From Gammaproteobacteria bacterium (GTDB lineage Bacteria; Pseudomonadota; Gammaproteobacteria; Pseudomonadales; Halieaceae): 64,000 bases of DNA. The translations under genes were made by a program, and so were the position numbers. The stretch covers positions 7,878-71,877 of the forward strand of contig JAUIIQ010000001.1 of NCBI GenBank assembly GCA_030431585.1, given 5' to 3'. Under the pieces are notes generated by a model that was not told where the DNA came from, did no database searches, and was given only the letters and a program-made list of their open reading frames with translations. Below, piece after piece: positions 1 through 10,188 of the stretch (the first letter of the stretch is position 1; the number at the start of each line of letters is the position of its first letter).

Positions 1-1
1 G

Positions 2-538
2 AACCTGGAATACAAGCCGGTGATGCTGGAAATTTACCAGGCACCCAAACCCTGGATCAGTGCGGTACATGGCCCAGCGGCGGGTATTTCCAGCGCCTTC
101 GCCATGGTCTGTGATCTCACGGTGATGGCGGAGGATGCCTATATTTACCAGGCGTTCACTGCGATCAGCCTGGTGCCCGACGGCGGTGCCACCTGGCATC
201 TGGTGCGTACCATAGGTCGCAAGCGCGCTTATGAAATTATCGCCACCGGGGAAAAACTGCCGGCGGCCAAATGTCTGGAGTGGGGCTTGTGTAATCGAGT
301 GGTGCCCAGTGGTGAACTGTTGGAATCCACCCTGGCCTGGGCCAGCGAGCTGGCATCCCGCGCGCCCCTGTCATTGCGCTATGCCAAACGCGCCGTGGTC
401 GAGGCCTGCGAGGCAGACCTGGACAAGGTGATCTCCCACGAGGCTGACCTCCAGCAAATCTGTATCGCCAGTGAGGATTCCGCTGAAGGTGCCGCGGCCT
501 TTCTTGAAAAGCGTGCGCCGCAATGGAAAGGACGCTGA
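2..538 (+). CDS. Enoyl-CoA hydratase/isomerase family protein (5' truncated by window edge)
   Basis: Crotonase motifs KPWISAVHGPAAG, CDL, SLVPDGG, EGAAAFLEKRAPQW; frame is open from position 2. Confidence 0.9.
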   Translation, partial: NLEYKPVMLEIYQAPKPWISAVHGPAAGISSAFAMVCDLTVMAEDAYIYQAFTAISLVPDGGATWHLVRTIGRKRAYEIIATGEKLPAAKCLEWGLCNRVVPSGELLESTLAWASELASRAPLSLRYAKRAVVEACEADLDKVISHEADLQQICIASEDSAEGAAAFLEKRAPQWKGR

Positions 539-602
539 CGCTCACCCGATAGAGCAGTACGCGTGGTAGTATTTTCACCTCATCATAATAACGAGAGCTG
601 AA

Positions 603-2465
603 ATGCGACGAATCCTGCTGCTGGCCGTGTTGATGACGGCTGCCCCCCTTGCTGCCGCCCAGGGCAAGCAGTTGCTCTGGGGTGACACGCACCTGCACAC
701 CAGCAATTCATTTGATGCCATTACCATAGGCAACCGGACCATCGACCCTGCTGCCGCGTACCGATATGCGCGCGGAATGCCCGTGGTGCACCCCTACCAT
801 GGAGCGCGCGTGCAGATCGGTACACCCCTGGACTTTCTGGTGGTGTCAGATCATGCGGAGTTCCTGGGTGTAGTGCGCCATGTCTACGAGGACTGGGTCC
901 CCACGAAGGACCTGGGCGTGATTGATTCGGTCTATGCGTGGTTTTCGGCGCTGGTTATCAAGGCTGGTGTGGGATCCAAATGGGGGCCGCTGTTATTTGG
1001 GTCACGCCTGCCCACCGCTGAGGATCCGCTCGAAGCGGGTGAGCGCCTGCAGGAAGAGGGGTTCAAAATTGGTGGCATTCCGCCCTTGCCAGACGTGTCC
1101 CGGGCCACCTGGGCGGCTACCACCGCCGCCGCAGACGCCGCCAACGAACCCGGTACATTCAGCGCCTTGATCGGCTGGGAATGGAGCTCCAATAACGGCG
1201 GAGCCAACCTGCACCGCATCGTGATCACCGATTCCGGCGCAGAGCAGGCGCAGCGCTATATGCCCTTCAGTTTCCTGGACAGTTCATTCCCTGAAGATCT
1301 CTGGGCCTGGCTGGATGCGACCAGTAGCGAGACTGGCGCTGATTTCATTGCCATTCCGCATAACTCGAATATTTCCAAGGGTTATATGTTTGACACCCGG
1401 ACCTTGCGCGGGAAGCCCTTGTCGGCAGAGTATGCGGCCGCCCGCATGCGCTGGGAGCAGGTCGTTGAGGTGACGCAGATCAAGGGCGACTCGGAAACGC
1501 ATCCGGACCTGTCGCCTGAGGATCCCTTCGCCGATTTTGAAACCTTTCCGTTCTATATCCAGCGCGACCGCGCGCCGTATGTGGCATCGCAGTCTGACTA
1601 CATTCGTTCAGCCCTGCGCCTGGGTCTGGAACTGCAGCAGGATCTGGGTCAGAACCCCTACCAGTTCGGTCTGATCGGTTCCAGCGATGCGCATTCAGGC
1701 CTGGCGGGCGCCGAGGAGGACAACTTTCACGGCAAGTTCGCCGCCGACAGCATCCCCGCGAATAAGGAAGGCCTGGTCAAGGTGGATGGGCAGGGCAGGC
1801 CCAAGGGATGGAATATGTCCGCATCCGGGCTTGCCGCCGTCTGGGCCGAGGAAAACACCCGCGAGGCTATTGTCGCCGCACTCAAGCGACGTGAAGTGTA
1901 TGCAACCAGTGGCCCTCGCATAGCGGTGCGTTTCTTCGCCGGCAACGGCTACAGTGAAGCGCTGTTGGACAGTGCTGAGCTTTATCAGCAGGCGGTGGCC
2001 AGCGGTGTACCCATGGGCGGTGAGCTTCGCGGAGCCCATGCGGCGTCGCCCGAGTTCCTGGTGATAGCGGAAAAGGAAGCCGATGGCGCCAACCTGGATC
2101 GCATCCAGATCGTCAAGGGTTGGCTGGATGACGAGGGTCGCAGTCAGGAGCAGGTGTTTGACGTGGCCTGGTCTGGCAACCGCCGCCCCGATGCCCGGGG
2201 CAGGCTGCCTGCAGTGGGTGATACGGTGGACGCGGCAACCGCCAGTTACAGCAACACGATTGGGGCAGAACGACTGGCAGCGCGCTGGCAGGATCCGCAG
2301 TTCCAGCCGCAGCAGCAGGCGTTCTACTACGCCCGCGTGTTGCAGATACCGACACCTCGCCACTCACTGTATGATGCGGTCGCCTTGCAGCGGGATATCT
2401 CCGTCGAGTTTGACGACAGTATCCAGGAGCGGGCCTACACCTCACCGATCTGGTATCGCCCCTGA
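603..2465 (+). CDS. Secreted DUF3604-domain protein (PHP-like metal-binding fold)
   Basis: Signal peptide; WGDTHLHTS, SDHAE, PHNSN, GSSDAH, REVYATSG, IQERAYTSPIWY motifs. Confidence 0.85.
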   Translation: MRRILLLAVLMTAAPLAAAQGKQLLWGDTHLHTSNSFDAITIGNRTIDPAAAYRYARGMPVVHPYHGARVQIGTPLDFLVVSDHAEFLGVVRHVYEDWVPTKDLGVIDSVYAWFSALVIKAGVGSKWGPLLFGSRLPTAEDPLEAGERLQEEGFKIGGIPPLPDVSRATWAATTAAADAANEPGTFSALIGWEWSSNNGGANLHRIVITDSGAEQAQRYMPFSFLDSSFPEDLWAWLDATSSETGADFIAIPHNSNISKGYMFDTRTLRGKPLSAEYAAARMRWEQVVEVTQIKGDSETHPDLSPEDPFADFETFPFYIQRDRAPYVASQSDYIRSALRLGLELQQDLGQNPYQFGLIGSSDAHSGLAGAEEDNFHGKFAADSIPANKEGLVKVDGQGRPKGWNMSASGLAAVWAEENTREAIVAALKRREVYATSGPRIAVRFFAGNGYSEALLDSAELYQQAVASGVPMGGELRGAHAASPEFLVIAEKEADGANLDRIQIVKGWLDDEGRSQEQVFDVAWSGNRRPDARGRLPAVGDTVDAATASYSNTIGAERLAARWQDPQFQPQQQAFYYARVLQIPTPRHSLYDAVALQRDISVEFDDSIQERAYTSPIWYRP

Positions 2466-5400
2466 ATCGGGCCCGGTACCTGTACCCAGGTGCCTCACTT
2501 CCACTTGCAGCGGCTCCACCGTGTCCAGGTGCACGTCTCGCTGCGGGAAGGAAATGGCGATACCGGCCTCGGCGAACTTGTCGTTGATTACCGCACGTAA
2601 ATCGGTCCAGGTCGCGACGCGATCTTCAGCGACGTAACAACGCAGCCATAGGACCAGTGCATTATCACCAAAGTCTTCGAAGGATGCTTTGGGTGGCGGA
2701 TCGCCGAGCACGTTTTCCGACTCTTGTGCCGCCTCAATCAGCAGCGCCAACGCCTGCCTTACGTCGGAACCATAGGCTATGCCGACGGGAATGATAACGC
2801 GGACGGCGGCGTCGGAGAGTGTCCAGTTGATCACCTGGCCAGTGATCAGTTCCTTGTTGGGAATCAGGTGTTCCTTGCGGTCAAACGTCTCGATGATGGT
2901 GGCGCGCGGATTGATCTTCTTCACTGTGCCCTCGGCCCCGCCGGCGCTGATGATGTCGCCCACGCGCACCGGGCGCTCAAACAGGATAATGATGCCGCTG
3001 ATAAAGTTGGCAACGATTTCCTGCAGGCCGAAACCGATACCCACGCCCATCGCCGCCACCAGCCACTGTACCTTGCCCCATTCCCATCCTATCGTGCCCA
3101 GGAAGAGCGAACCGCCAACGGCAATGACCAGGTACTGCAGCAAGATACTGGTCGCATAGCGCGCACCAGCACTCATGTTGAACCACTCGCGCATGAACAC
3201 TTCACTGATCGATGGCAGGTTTTTGGTAATCAGCGCAGTGACAACCAGAATGATGGCGCCAAGCGAAAGATCAAACAGGGTGATTGCGCGCAGACCGCCA
3301 GTGGGGTCGGTGCTGTCGGTGACCTGCCAAAGGGTAACGGAGTCGAACAGGGTGAATGCCGGCAAGCTGGGTGACCAGATGATGAACAGGGCGGCCCCGG
3401 CAGCGAGAAAGCGCGCCAGCGACAACAGCTTGGTGTGCGCCTCGGAAAGCGAGGGCACATCGACCAGCCCTTCATCTTCCGGCAATGGGGTCATGCCATC
3501 GTTCAGGGTTCGCTGTTCAGAACGGGCTTTTCTTTCGAGCCGTGCCCGCAAAATCAGCAGCCATCGCTGCAACAGGTCGGCGACCAGTTTTATCAGGCCC
3601 AGAATGATCACCGACCGTATCAGCGCGACCAGATAAATGTCGGCGGCAAAAGTAAGGCCCATCAGTTGCATGGCAATGACGGCAGCGGCGACCACAATCA
3701 TCACGCGCAGGCTGACAACCAACAGTCGATTAACGTTGAACTGCTCCTGGCCCAGCAAGCGCAGGCCCAGCAGGATAATACTGGCGGCGATCGCAATGGT
3801 CGCCAGGGCACCCAGAGGGCCCCCACTGACCACGACTTTCAGGTGGAAAGAGAACACGTCTACCAACATGACCAGACAGAAGATGGGGCCGGCCCAGTTC
3901 AGCTCCTTGCGCAGGCTTTCCAGTGTCCGTGCATCCCACTTTAAAAAGCGGCGGCCAACCCCGTGTTTGCTGGCAATAAGGCGAGTCAGTAACAGGATGT
4001 AAAGTATCCCCGCGGTGAATCCCAGTGCCGGAGACAAGGCCTCACTGAACTCGGTAACGGGGTCTGCGGCCGCAAGAATCACACCCATGGTATACAGCAA
4101 CAATGGCCAGGGCAGAACTATCAATGCTGACAGGATCAACCCGGCTACCATGTGCCAGAGTGTTACGCCGCTGATCAGCACGGGTTTCCTGAGCATGCGG
4201 ATATATACCGGTCGCAATCGCCAGCGCAGCAACAAGGACAGGAGCAGCAGCGCCAGTAAAGCCGTTGACCATGGCTGCGCTTCGTAGCCGGAAAGCAGCT
4301 GTTGCGGAAGCGCTAACCAGGCGCTGGCACTCAGGGTGAGAGCCAGCTGCTGTTGCAGCGCGTCAACATCAAGGTAGTTGAGGTTGCGCACCCACAGCAG
4401 ATTACCCAGCAGGAACTTGTGGAAGGTCTCGGTGGCGTTCACCAGTTGCACGGCCTGCTCGTTGTTCTCCAGCAGTCGGTGTAACAAGGTGCCAAGGCTT
4501 AACAGATTTTCTTCCAGTAGCTCGGTTCTCTGGTCCACCAGGGTGTTGGCCAGCTGGATGGTCTGAGGCTGCCATTCCCCCATATCGGGAAATAGACTGT
4601 CCAGGTAGTCCTGCCTTTCGTTGATTGCGCGGAAGTCCTCCTCCACATCGATCTGCGTCATCGAAGTATCGGCAATGAATGTGTTGCGCTCATCGATCTG
4701 CCGTTTCATCAGGCTTGTGTCGGGCAGGTTGTCCAGCCGGGTGATCATTACCCTGCCAAGAACCTCCTTGCGGCCGGCCACCTGCAGTCGCCGGTGCATC
4801 AGCAGCGAGTCCTGTTCAATACTTTCCAGTTCCGACTGCAGCCGCTGGCCTCGCTGCCGCGCGGTGTCGTTGGACAGCGTGAGGTCCAGCAGTTGTCGGG
4901 CCAGTACATGATTCTGCTGTGCAAACTGTTGCAGCCGTGGGTCCTGATCCACCAGTTGCGACTGCAGCTCGCTGGTGGTTTGCAGCTGCCTTGCCGTAGC
5001 GCTGCCGCGCGCTGCTTCCAGAGCCTTGTTCAGCTGTTCAAGCCTGGCGTCGGCCCGGTCTATGGCATAGCCCAACCATGCGCGTTCAGCGGCATTGACC
5101 CGTGAGCGCGCCGGTTCGCTGAGAACCTCCAGCTCCAGTGCCTGGCGCTCTGCCTCCGCTGCCTGCCGGCGCGCCGTGCTCAGCGCAAGGGCTACCTGCT
5201 GCTCAAGCGTGCTCGCGGAGGCAACTGCTGCACTCTCCTCGTTCTGTTGTTGCAGTGTGACCAGTCGCTGCTGCAACTCGGCGCGCCGGGATGGTAATTG
5301 ATCTGTTTCCTGCAATAGTTGAGTACGCCTGTCGCCCAGTGCCTGACGCTCGGCGCTGAGCAGTGTTATCTGGCCCAGAATCTCTTGCTCGGTGGCATCT

Positions 5401-5792
5401 TCGGGCAGCAATTTCTCCGCCGCGTCGCCATTTGCACGGGCTGTCTCCAGCTTCAGGTTAAACTGCTCCGCCCGTTGTTCACTGCTGGACATAAGCGCCC
5501 TGAACTGTTCGACGCGCGCGTTAAACGTGTCTCTGGCTTCTATCTGCTGCCGGGTATTGTCAAGTTGCTTGAGCAGTTCTTCGCGGGTCTGCTCGCTCAG
5601 CCCGGCAGCGGCGGTTACCGAAGCCTGCAGCCCAGACACGTCCTCTTCCAGAACCAGGGGCTGGGCAAGGCTGGCGGAGCTGACGGCAATCATCGCCATC
5701 AGCGTGGCAATACAAACAGTCACAAAGAGGTGTGGATGAGCAGGTGGAATCATTGCCTTGGTTTCTTCAACATTCAGCTTGTAGTGGTCCAT
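2442..5792 (-). CDS. MscK/KefA-like large mechanosensitive channel (start uncertain)
   Basis: Long periplasmic coiled coil, multiple TM segments, C-terminal MscS motif GIGFGLQEIVANFISGIIILFERPVRVGD and ISFPQRDVH. Confidence 0.9.
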   Translation of the reverse strand: MDHYKLNVEETKAMIPPAHPHLFVTVCIATLMAMIAVSSASLAQPLVLEEDVSGLQASVTAAAGLSEQTREELLKQLDNTRQQIEARDTFNARVEQFRALMSSSEQRAEQFNLKLETARANGDAAEKLLPEDATEQEILGQITLLSAERQALGDRRTQLLQETDQLPSRRAELQQRLVTLQQQNEESAAVASASTLEQQVALALSTARRQAAEAERQALELEVLSEPARSRVNAAERAWLGYAIDRADARLEQLNKALEAARGSATARQLQTTSELQSQLVDQDPRLQQFAQQNHVLARQLLDLTLSNDTARQRGQRLQSELESIEQDSLLMHRRLQVAGRKEVLGRVMITRLDNLPDTSLMKRQIDERNTFIADTSMTQIDVEEDFRAINERQDYLDSLFPDMGEWQPQTIQLANTLVDQRTELLEENLLSLGTLLHRLLENNEQAVQLVNATETFHKFLLGNLLWVRNLNYLDVDALQQQLALTLSASAWLALPQQLLSGYEAQPWSTALLALLLLSLLLRWRLRPVYIRMLRKPVLISGVTLWHMVAGLILSALIVLPWPLLLYTMGVILAAADPVTEFSEALSPALGFTAGILYILLLTRLIASKHGVGRRFLKWDARTLESLRKELNWAGPIFCLVMLVDVFSFHLKVVVSGGPLGALATIAIAASIILLGLRLLGQEQFNVNRLLVVSLRVMIVVAAAVIAMQLMGLTFAADIYLVALIRSVIILGLIKLVADLLQRWLLILRARLERKARSEQRTLNDGMTPLPEDEGLVDVPSLSEAHTKLLSLARFLAAGAALFIIWSPSLPAFTLFDSVTLWQVTDSTDPTGGLRAITLFDLSLGAIILVVTALITKNLPSISEVFMREWFNMSAGARYATSILLQYLVIAVGGSLFLGTIGWEWGKVQWLVAAMGVGIGFGLQEIVANFISGIIILFERPVRVGDIISAGGAEGTVKKINPRATIIETFDRKEHLIPNKELITGQVINWTLSDAAVRVIIPVGIAYGSDVRQALALLIEAAQESENVLGDPPPKASFEDFGDNALVLWLRCYVAEDRVATWTDLRAVINDKFAEAGIAISFPQRDVHLDTVEPLQVEVRHLGTGTGPDSGAIPDR

Positions 5793-5848
5793 AATATCGC
5801 TTTTGCATTCGCGTTGCCGGATGCGTCACACACTCAGGAGAGTAACAC

Positions 5849-6790
5849 ATGGCAGCAGCTGCCACGGAAGAGCTTGGCTTTGGTATTACGCGGATTGATG
5901 CGGGTTATCTGGATCCGGGTGTGGCCTGTTTCTATCTGCTCGAGAGCGATGACGAATACGCTGTGGTGGAAACCGGTACGCAGTACTCGGTGCCCGTACT
6001 CGAAGCTTTGCTGGATGACCGGGGCATTGCCAGCGAACAGGTTCGCTACGTTATTCCCACCCATGTTCACCTGGATCATGCTGGCGGTGCCGGCGCCATG
6101 ATGCAACGCTTCCCCAATGCTCAACTATTGGCGCATCCGCGAGGCGCCAGGCACCTGATCGATCCCGCCGTGCTCGTGCGGAGCTCGCGCGCGATCTATG
6201 GTGCCGAGGCCTTTGCCCGACTCTACGGCGAGATAATTCCGGTTGAAGCTGAGCGTGTGCTCGAGGTGGCCGACGGACAGCGCGTCGAATTTGGTGGTCG
6301 CAGCTTGTTGCTGCGACACACGCCGGGCCATGCAGACCACCATTTCTGCGTCTGGGACGAGGCCAGCAAGGGCTGGTTCAGCGGCGATGTATTTGGTGTT
6401 TCCTATCACTGGCTGCGCACTGCGGGTGGGGATTTTTCCATGCTCAGTACGACACCCACGCAATTCAGGCCCGAGGAACTGAAAGCGTCTCTGCAACTGC
6501 TGGCTGAAGCGAAACCCGAACGCATCTTTCTGACGCATTACGGCGCCCTGGATTATACTGACGATAAGCAGCGCAGGCTGGTGCAGCAGGTTGATGACTA
6601 CCTGCGGATCAGTCGTGATTGTGCCGGTGAGGTGTCGGCCATGGAGGAAGCGATAATGGACTATTCAGTAGCGCGTGTAGCTGACATGAACCCCGGCGTG
6701 GATATGACCGGCCTGCGCGAGCGATTTCGCCACGACGCGCAGCTGAATGCGCAGGGCCTGTCGCTGTGGATGCAGAGACAGCAGGCATGA
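5849..6790 (+). CDS. MBL-fold metallo-hydrolase
   Basis: THVHLDHAGG, TPGHADHH, GD and THYG motifs. Confidence 0.9.
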   Translation: MAAAATEELGFGITRIDAGYLDPGVACFYLLESDDEYAVVETGTQYSVPVLEALLDDRGIASEQVRYVIPTHVHLDHAGGAGAMMQRFPNAQLLAHPRGARHLIDPAVLVRSSRAIYGAEAFARLYGEIIPVEAERVLEVADGQRVEFGGRSLLLRHTPGHADHHFCVWDEASKGWFSGDVFGVSYHWLRTAGGDFSMLSTTPTQFRPEELKASLQLLAEAKPERIFLTHYGALDYTDDKQRRLVQQVDDYLRISRDCAGEVSAMEEAIMDYSVARVADMNPGVDMTGLRERFRHDAQLNAQGLSLWMQRQQA

Positions 6791-7536
6791 TGCTGCCCAG
6801 AGAGGACGGCCAGCAGCTTGCCTATGAGCACCGCGAGGGCTGCGAACCGGGCATCGTATTTCTCAGTGGCTTTAATTCCAACATGCAGGGCGACAAAGCG
6901 TCGGCCCTGGATGCCTGGTGTGCCGATCAGGGTCGCCAGTACACCCGTTTTGACTACTTTGGCCACGGTGCCTCCAGTGGCGCATTTGAACAGGGCACAG
7001 TCGGCCGCTGGATCGATGACGCCCTCGCCATCCTTGATCAGGTAACCGAAGGCCCGCAGTTGTTGGTGGGTTCATCCATGGGAGGATGGATCATGTTGCA
7101 CCTGGCGCTGGCGCGCCCGCAAAGAGCCTGCGCCCTGGTCGGCATTGCCACCGCTACTGACTTCACCCAGTCGCTGCGCAACGGATTGCTCGGTCCTGAA
7201 CAAATGCTGCAACTGGAACTATCCGGTTTTTGCTCCATCGACAATTGCTATGACGACGGCGAGCCTTACCGCATAAGCCAGCAACTGCTGGAGGAGGGCG
7301 CGCAGCATTGTTTGCTGGAGCGAGAGCGTATCGACATTGACCTGCCCGTGCGCCTTATTCACGGGCAGTGCGATGACGACGTGCCCTGGCAGCATTCGCT
7401 GACGCTGGCGGAAAAACTGGGGTCTGCGGATGTGGAGGTACATTTGGTCAAAGCCGGTGACCATCGCCTGTCACAGCCTCGGGATTTGCAGCGTCTGCAG
7501 CGCGTCATTGACGATCTGCTGGGAGAACTGGCGTGA
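6787..7536 (+). CDS. Alpha/beta hydrolase (ABHD10-like)
   Basis: GSSMGG nucleophile elbow, HGQCDDDVP, GDHRLS; ATGA overlap with upstream stop. Confidence 0.88.
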   Translation: MMLPREDGQQLAYEHREGCEPGIVFLSGFNSNMQGDKASALDAWCADQGRQYTRFDYFGHGASSGAFEQGTVGRWIDDALAILDQVTEGPQLLVGSSMGGWIMLHLALARPQRACALVGIATATDFTQSLRNGLLGPEQMLQLELSGFCSIDNCYDDGEPYRISQQLLEEGAQHCLLERERIDIDLPVRLIHGQCDDDVPWQHSLTLAEKLGSADVEVHLVKAGDHRLSQPRDLQRLQRVIDDLLGELA

Positions 7537-9419
7537 ATAGCGATGCCGCGCATCGCTGGTATTTGATTCACGACAGTTCCTTTGATTCCGAGAGAGCGGC
7601 CGCCTGGGTGGCGGCAGCAGAACTGGTTCTGGTGCCCTTCGCCGAACGTGAATCCATTGCGGCAGGGGCCCGGGTGCTGCTGTGGCTGGGGGATGAACAG
7701 ATCCGGGAACTGGGCGATCTGGTGCTGGCGCGGGAATGGGTGATCGGGCTGTTGGTTCACCCCGAAGCGAGGGCAGCCTGCGCCGCTCTTGGGGTGAAGG
7801 GCAATCCCGCACAGTTGATCGAGCATTACCAGGCGGCAGAGCCCATAGATGCTGACGCACTCACCTGCAACGGAGAACTGGTGTTCTCATCGGTGGTGAT
7901 CGGTTCGGTGCTGTCGTTGCGTCCTTATGATATTAACCGGCCCCAGTCGAACTGGAGCCTGTTACGTGGGGCATTGAAAGGCCTGGGCAAATTAACGCTT
8001 GGCAGTTACCGGCTCACCACCGCCAAGGAGCAGACGGTCAATATGGGAGCCCTGGGGCTGATGGCTGTAGCCCACACCCAGAGTTCCCTGGTAGGTCGTC
8101 GCTTCGATGCCAATCTCAGTATCGCGGATGGCCGGGTGTCGTTGCTGGCCCTGGCTCCGCGCAGCATTCTCGCCTATTTGTGGATGGTGCTGCGGGTGTT
8201 GTTGCCGGGCAAAATCAGCCTGTCAAGGCTGCCGGGTTCTCTGGCGCTGGTGCAGAGCGAGCGCCTGCACCTGGAGTCCACCGGTGGTTTTGAGTATCTG
8301 CTCGACGGCAAGCCGGTTCACGCTGCGGAACTGGATCTGGTAGTGCAGCCGGGAGGGCTTTGTTTGTTGCCGGGCCCGGCACTTGCCCCGAGGTCTGAGG
8401 GAAGCAAACCCAGCAGCCGTGAAACCGTGCGCTTGAATCACGTACCGGTGGATGACGCGGCAAGAGCGATGACGGGTAAACACCTGCCCTTGTTCAACCA
8501 CGCCAGCGAGGAGGAGTACCGCGAGCTGTTTATTTCGCTGCGCGAGAATGCCCGTGCCTCGTCCTCTTACCAGGTATTGATGGTGCTGAGCGTTATGCTG
8601 GCGCTGGCTGGTTTGTACGCCAACTCCGCGCCGGTGATTATTGGTGCGATGATTCTGGCGCCGCTGATGTCGCCGATTATGTCGCTGGCGATGGGGCTGG
8701 CGAGATCGGACACGGCATTGCTGCGCGGCGCGGTGAGAACGCTTGCCATCGGCACCGCCTGGGGCCTTGGCTGTGCCGTGGTGCTGGCCTGGTTGATGCC
8801 GTTTGACCTGGCGACTGCAGAGATGCAGGCGCGCATGTCGCCTACTTTGTTGGACCTGATGGTTGCCGTCATTTCAGGCATCGCCGGTGCTTACGCCCAT
8901 TCGCGTGAGGAAATCGCCAAGAGCCTCGCCGGCGTTGCCATTGCCGTCGCGCTGGTGCCGCCGCTCAGTGTGGCGGGCATCGGGTTGGGCTGGGGTGACT
9001 GGCAGATGGCGCGTGGCGCATTGCTGCTGCTGACAACCAACATGGTGGGTATCGCCCTGGCTGCGAGCCTGACGTTTCTGGTCCTCGGCTTTGCCCCTTT
9101 CACGCGCGCGCGCAAAGGCCTGGGGGTGTCGCTGGCGCTGGCGGCGTTGATCAGTATTCCACTGTATGTTGCGTATGACCACCTGGTGGAGCGCAGCAGG
9201 CTGGAAGAGCGTGTCCCGGAAGGTAGGTTCCAGGTTCTGGATCAAGCGGTGTATGTCTCTCATGTCCGTGCCACCCTGGGCGATCCACCCCTGGTCTCGG
9301 TCATTGTCAGCTCGGCTGAGCGGCTTGAAAATGCTCACCTGGATGAGCTTAAGCAATTGATAAGCGAGCAGGTGGGGCATGAAATCCAGCTTGAGGCCCA
9401 GCTCAATATTCGTCGCTGA
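7533..9419 (+). CDS. DUF389 (TIGR00341-like) membrane protein with N-terminal diacylglycerol-kinase-like region
   Basis: C-terminal NSAPVIIGAMILAPLMSPI and GVAIAVALVPPL; N-terminal half with DG...LDG pattern of the DAGK accessory domain. Confidence 0.8.
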   Translation: MNSDAAHRWYLIHDSSFDSERAAAWVAAAELVLVPFAERESIAAGARVLLWLGDEQIRELGDLVLAREWVIGLLVHPEARAACAALGVKGNPAQLIEHYQAAEPIDADALTCNGELVFSSVVIGSVLSLRPYDINRPQSNWSLLRGALKGLGKLTLGSYRLTTAKEQTVNMGALGLMAVAHTQSSLVGRRFDANLSIADGRVSLLALAPRSILAYLWMVLRVLLPGKISLSRLPGSLALVQSERLHLESTGGFEYLLDGKPVHAAELDLVVQPGGLCLLPGPALAPRSEGSKPSSRETVRLNHVPVDDAARAMTGKHLPLFNHASEEEYRELFISLRENARASSSYQVLMVLSVMLALAGLYANSAPVIIGAMILAPLMSPIMSLAMGLARSDTALLRGAVRTLAIGTAWGLGCAVVLAWLMPFDLATAEMQARMSPTLLDLMVAVISGIAGAYAHSREEIAKSLAGVAIAVALVPPLSVAGIGLGWGDWQMARGALLLLTTNMVGIALAASLTFLVLGFAPFTRARKGLGVSLALAALISIPLYVAYDHLVERSRLEERVPEGRFQVLDQAVYVSHVRATLGDPPLVSVIVSSAERLENAHLDELKQLISEQVGHEIQLEAQLNIRR

Positions 9420-9470
9420 GCATGCTCTTGGGCGTGCTAGACTGACCCCGCTTCTGTGTGGTTGATTACT

Positions 9471-10139
9471 ATGCGCAATCTGATTATTGCCTTGATACTG
9501 CTTGGCCTGGGAGCCTGTTCCAGCTATGAGTTGAAGAACATCGCCAAATCCGACGTGGATCTGGTGACAGATGAGTTCATAGAGGAAACGCGTCGACTGG
9601 TGCGCGAACTCGCGGTCAAACTCTACAAGCGCAACCCTGGCGAACTGGCAAAGATTCCCGGCATGACGATAGAGATGCGCCTGGCCCAGTTGCAGACACA
9701 CCGGGGCAAACTGGACTTTGCTGAATTGTCCGGTCGCCAGGAAACCGATGCCATGGAACTGGTGTTCAGCCAGGATTTCAGCGGCGACCGTGTGTTTGCA
9801 CTGATTGTCGGCCTGGGCGGTATGCTGCGTCACGCCTATGGCTATAACCACGAACACTTCATCTTCGATACCCTGTCGGTCGAACCGCTTTGGACCAGCG
9901 CGCACAATGTGGAAGTGCTGGCATGGCGTTTGCGGAATAACCGGCAGCCCAATGGCGAGCCCTGGCTGGTCACCAGCGAGTACCGGGGTGTAACGGATAA
10001 TCTCAGCTTTGAGCGTCTGTTCGGCAAGCTGATCGTTCTGCAGGAGATGATGGCACGCATCGCCGGCGATGCGGATAACCGCCGGGTGAACAAGGTAGTC
10101 CACGCCGCCGGTTCCGTGTTTATACCCCTGCCTATCTAG
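9471..10139 (+). CDS. Conserved hypothetical lipoprotein
   Basis: Signal peptide with lipobox LGAC; normal codon usage; no family recognised. Confidence 0.7.
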   Translation: MRNLIIALILLGLGACSSYELKNIAKSDVDLVTDEFIEETRRLVRELAVKLYKRNPGELAKIPGMTIEMRLAQLQTHRGKLDFAELSGRQETDAMELVFSQDFSGDRVFALIVGLGGMLRHAYGYNHEHFIFDTLSVEPLWTSAHNVEVLAWRLRNNRQPNGEPWLVTSEYRGVTDNLSFERLFGKLIVLQEMMARIAGDADNRRVNKVVHAAGSVFIPLPI

Positions 10140-10188
10140 GGCACCCCGGTGAGCGGCTCAGGCTTTGCAGGCCCGGGCTGACTGCTGA

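Noticed and set aside
8874-10103. 409-aa minus-strand ORF
   Set aside because: Antisense to two well-supported + strand genes and has no recognisable motifs.
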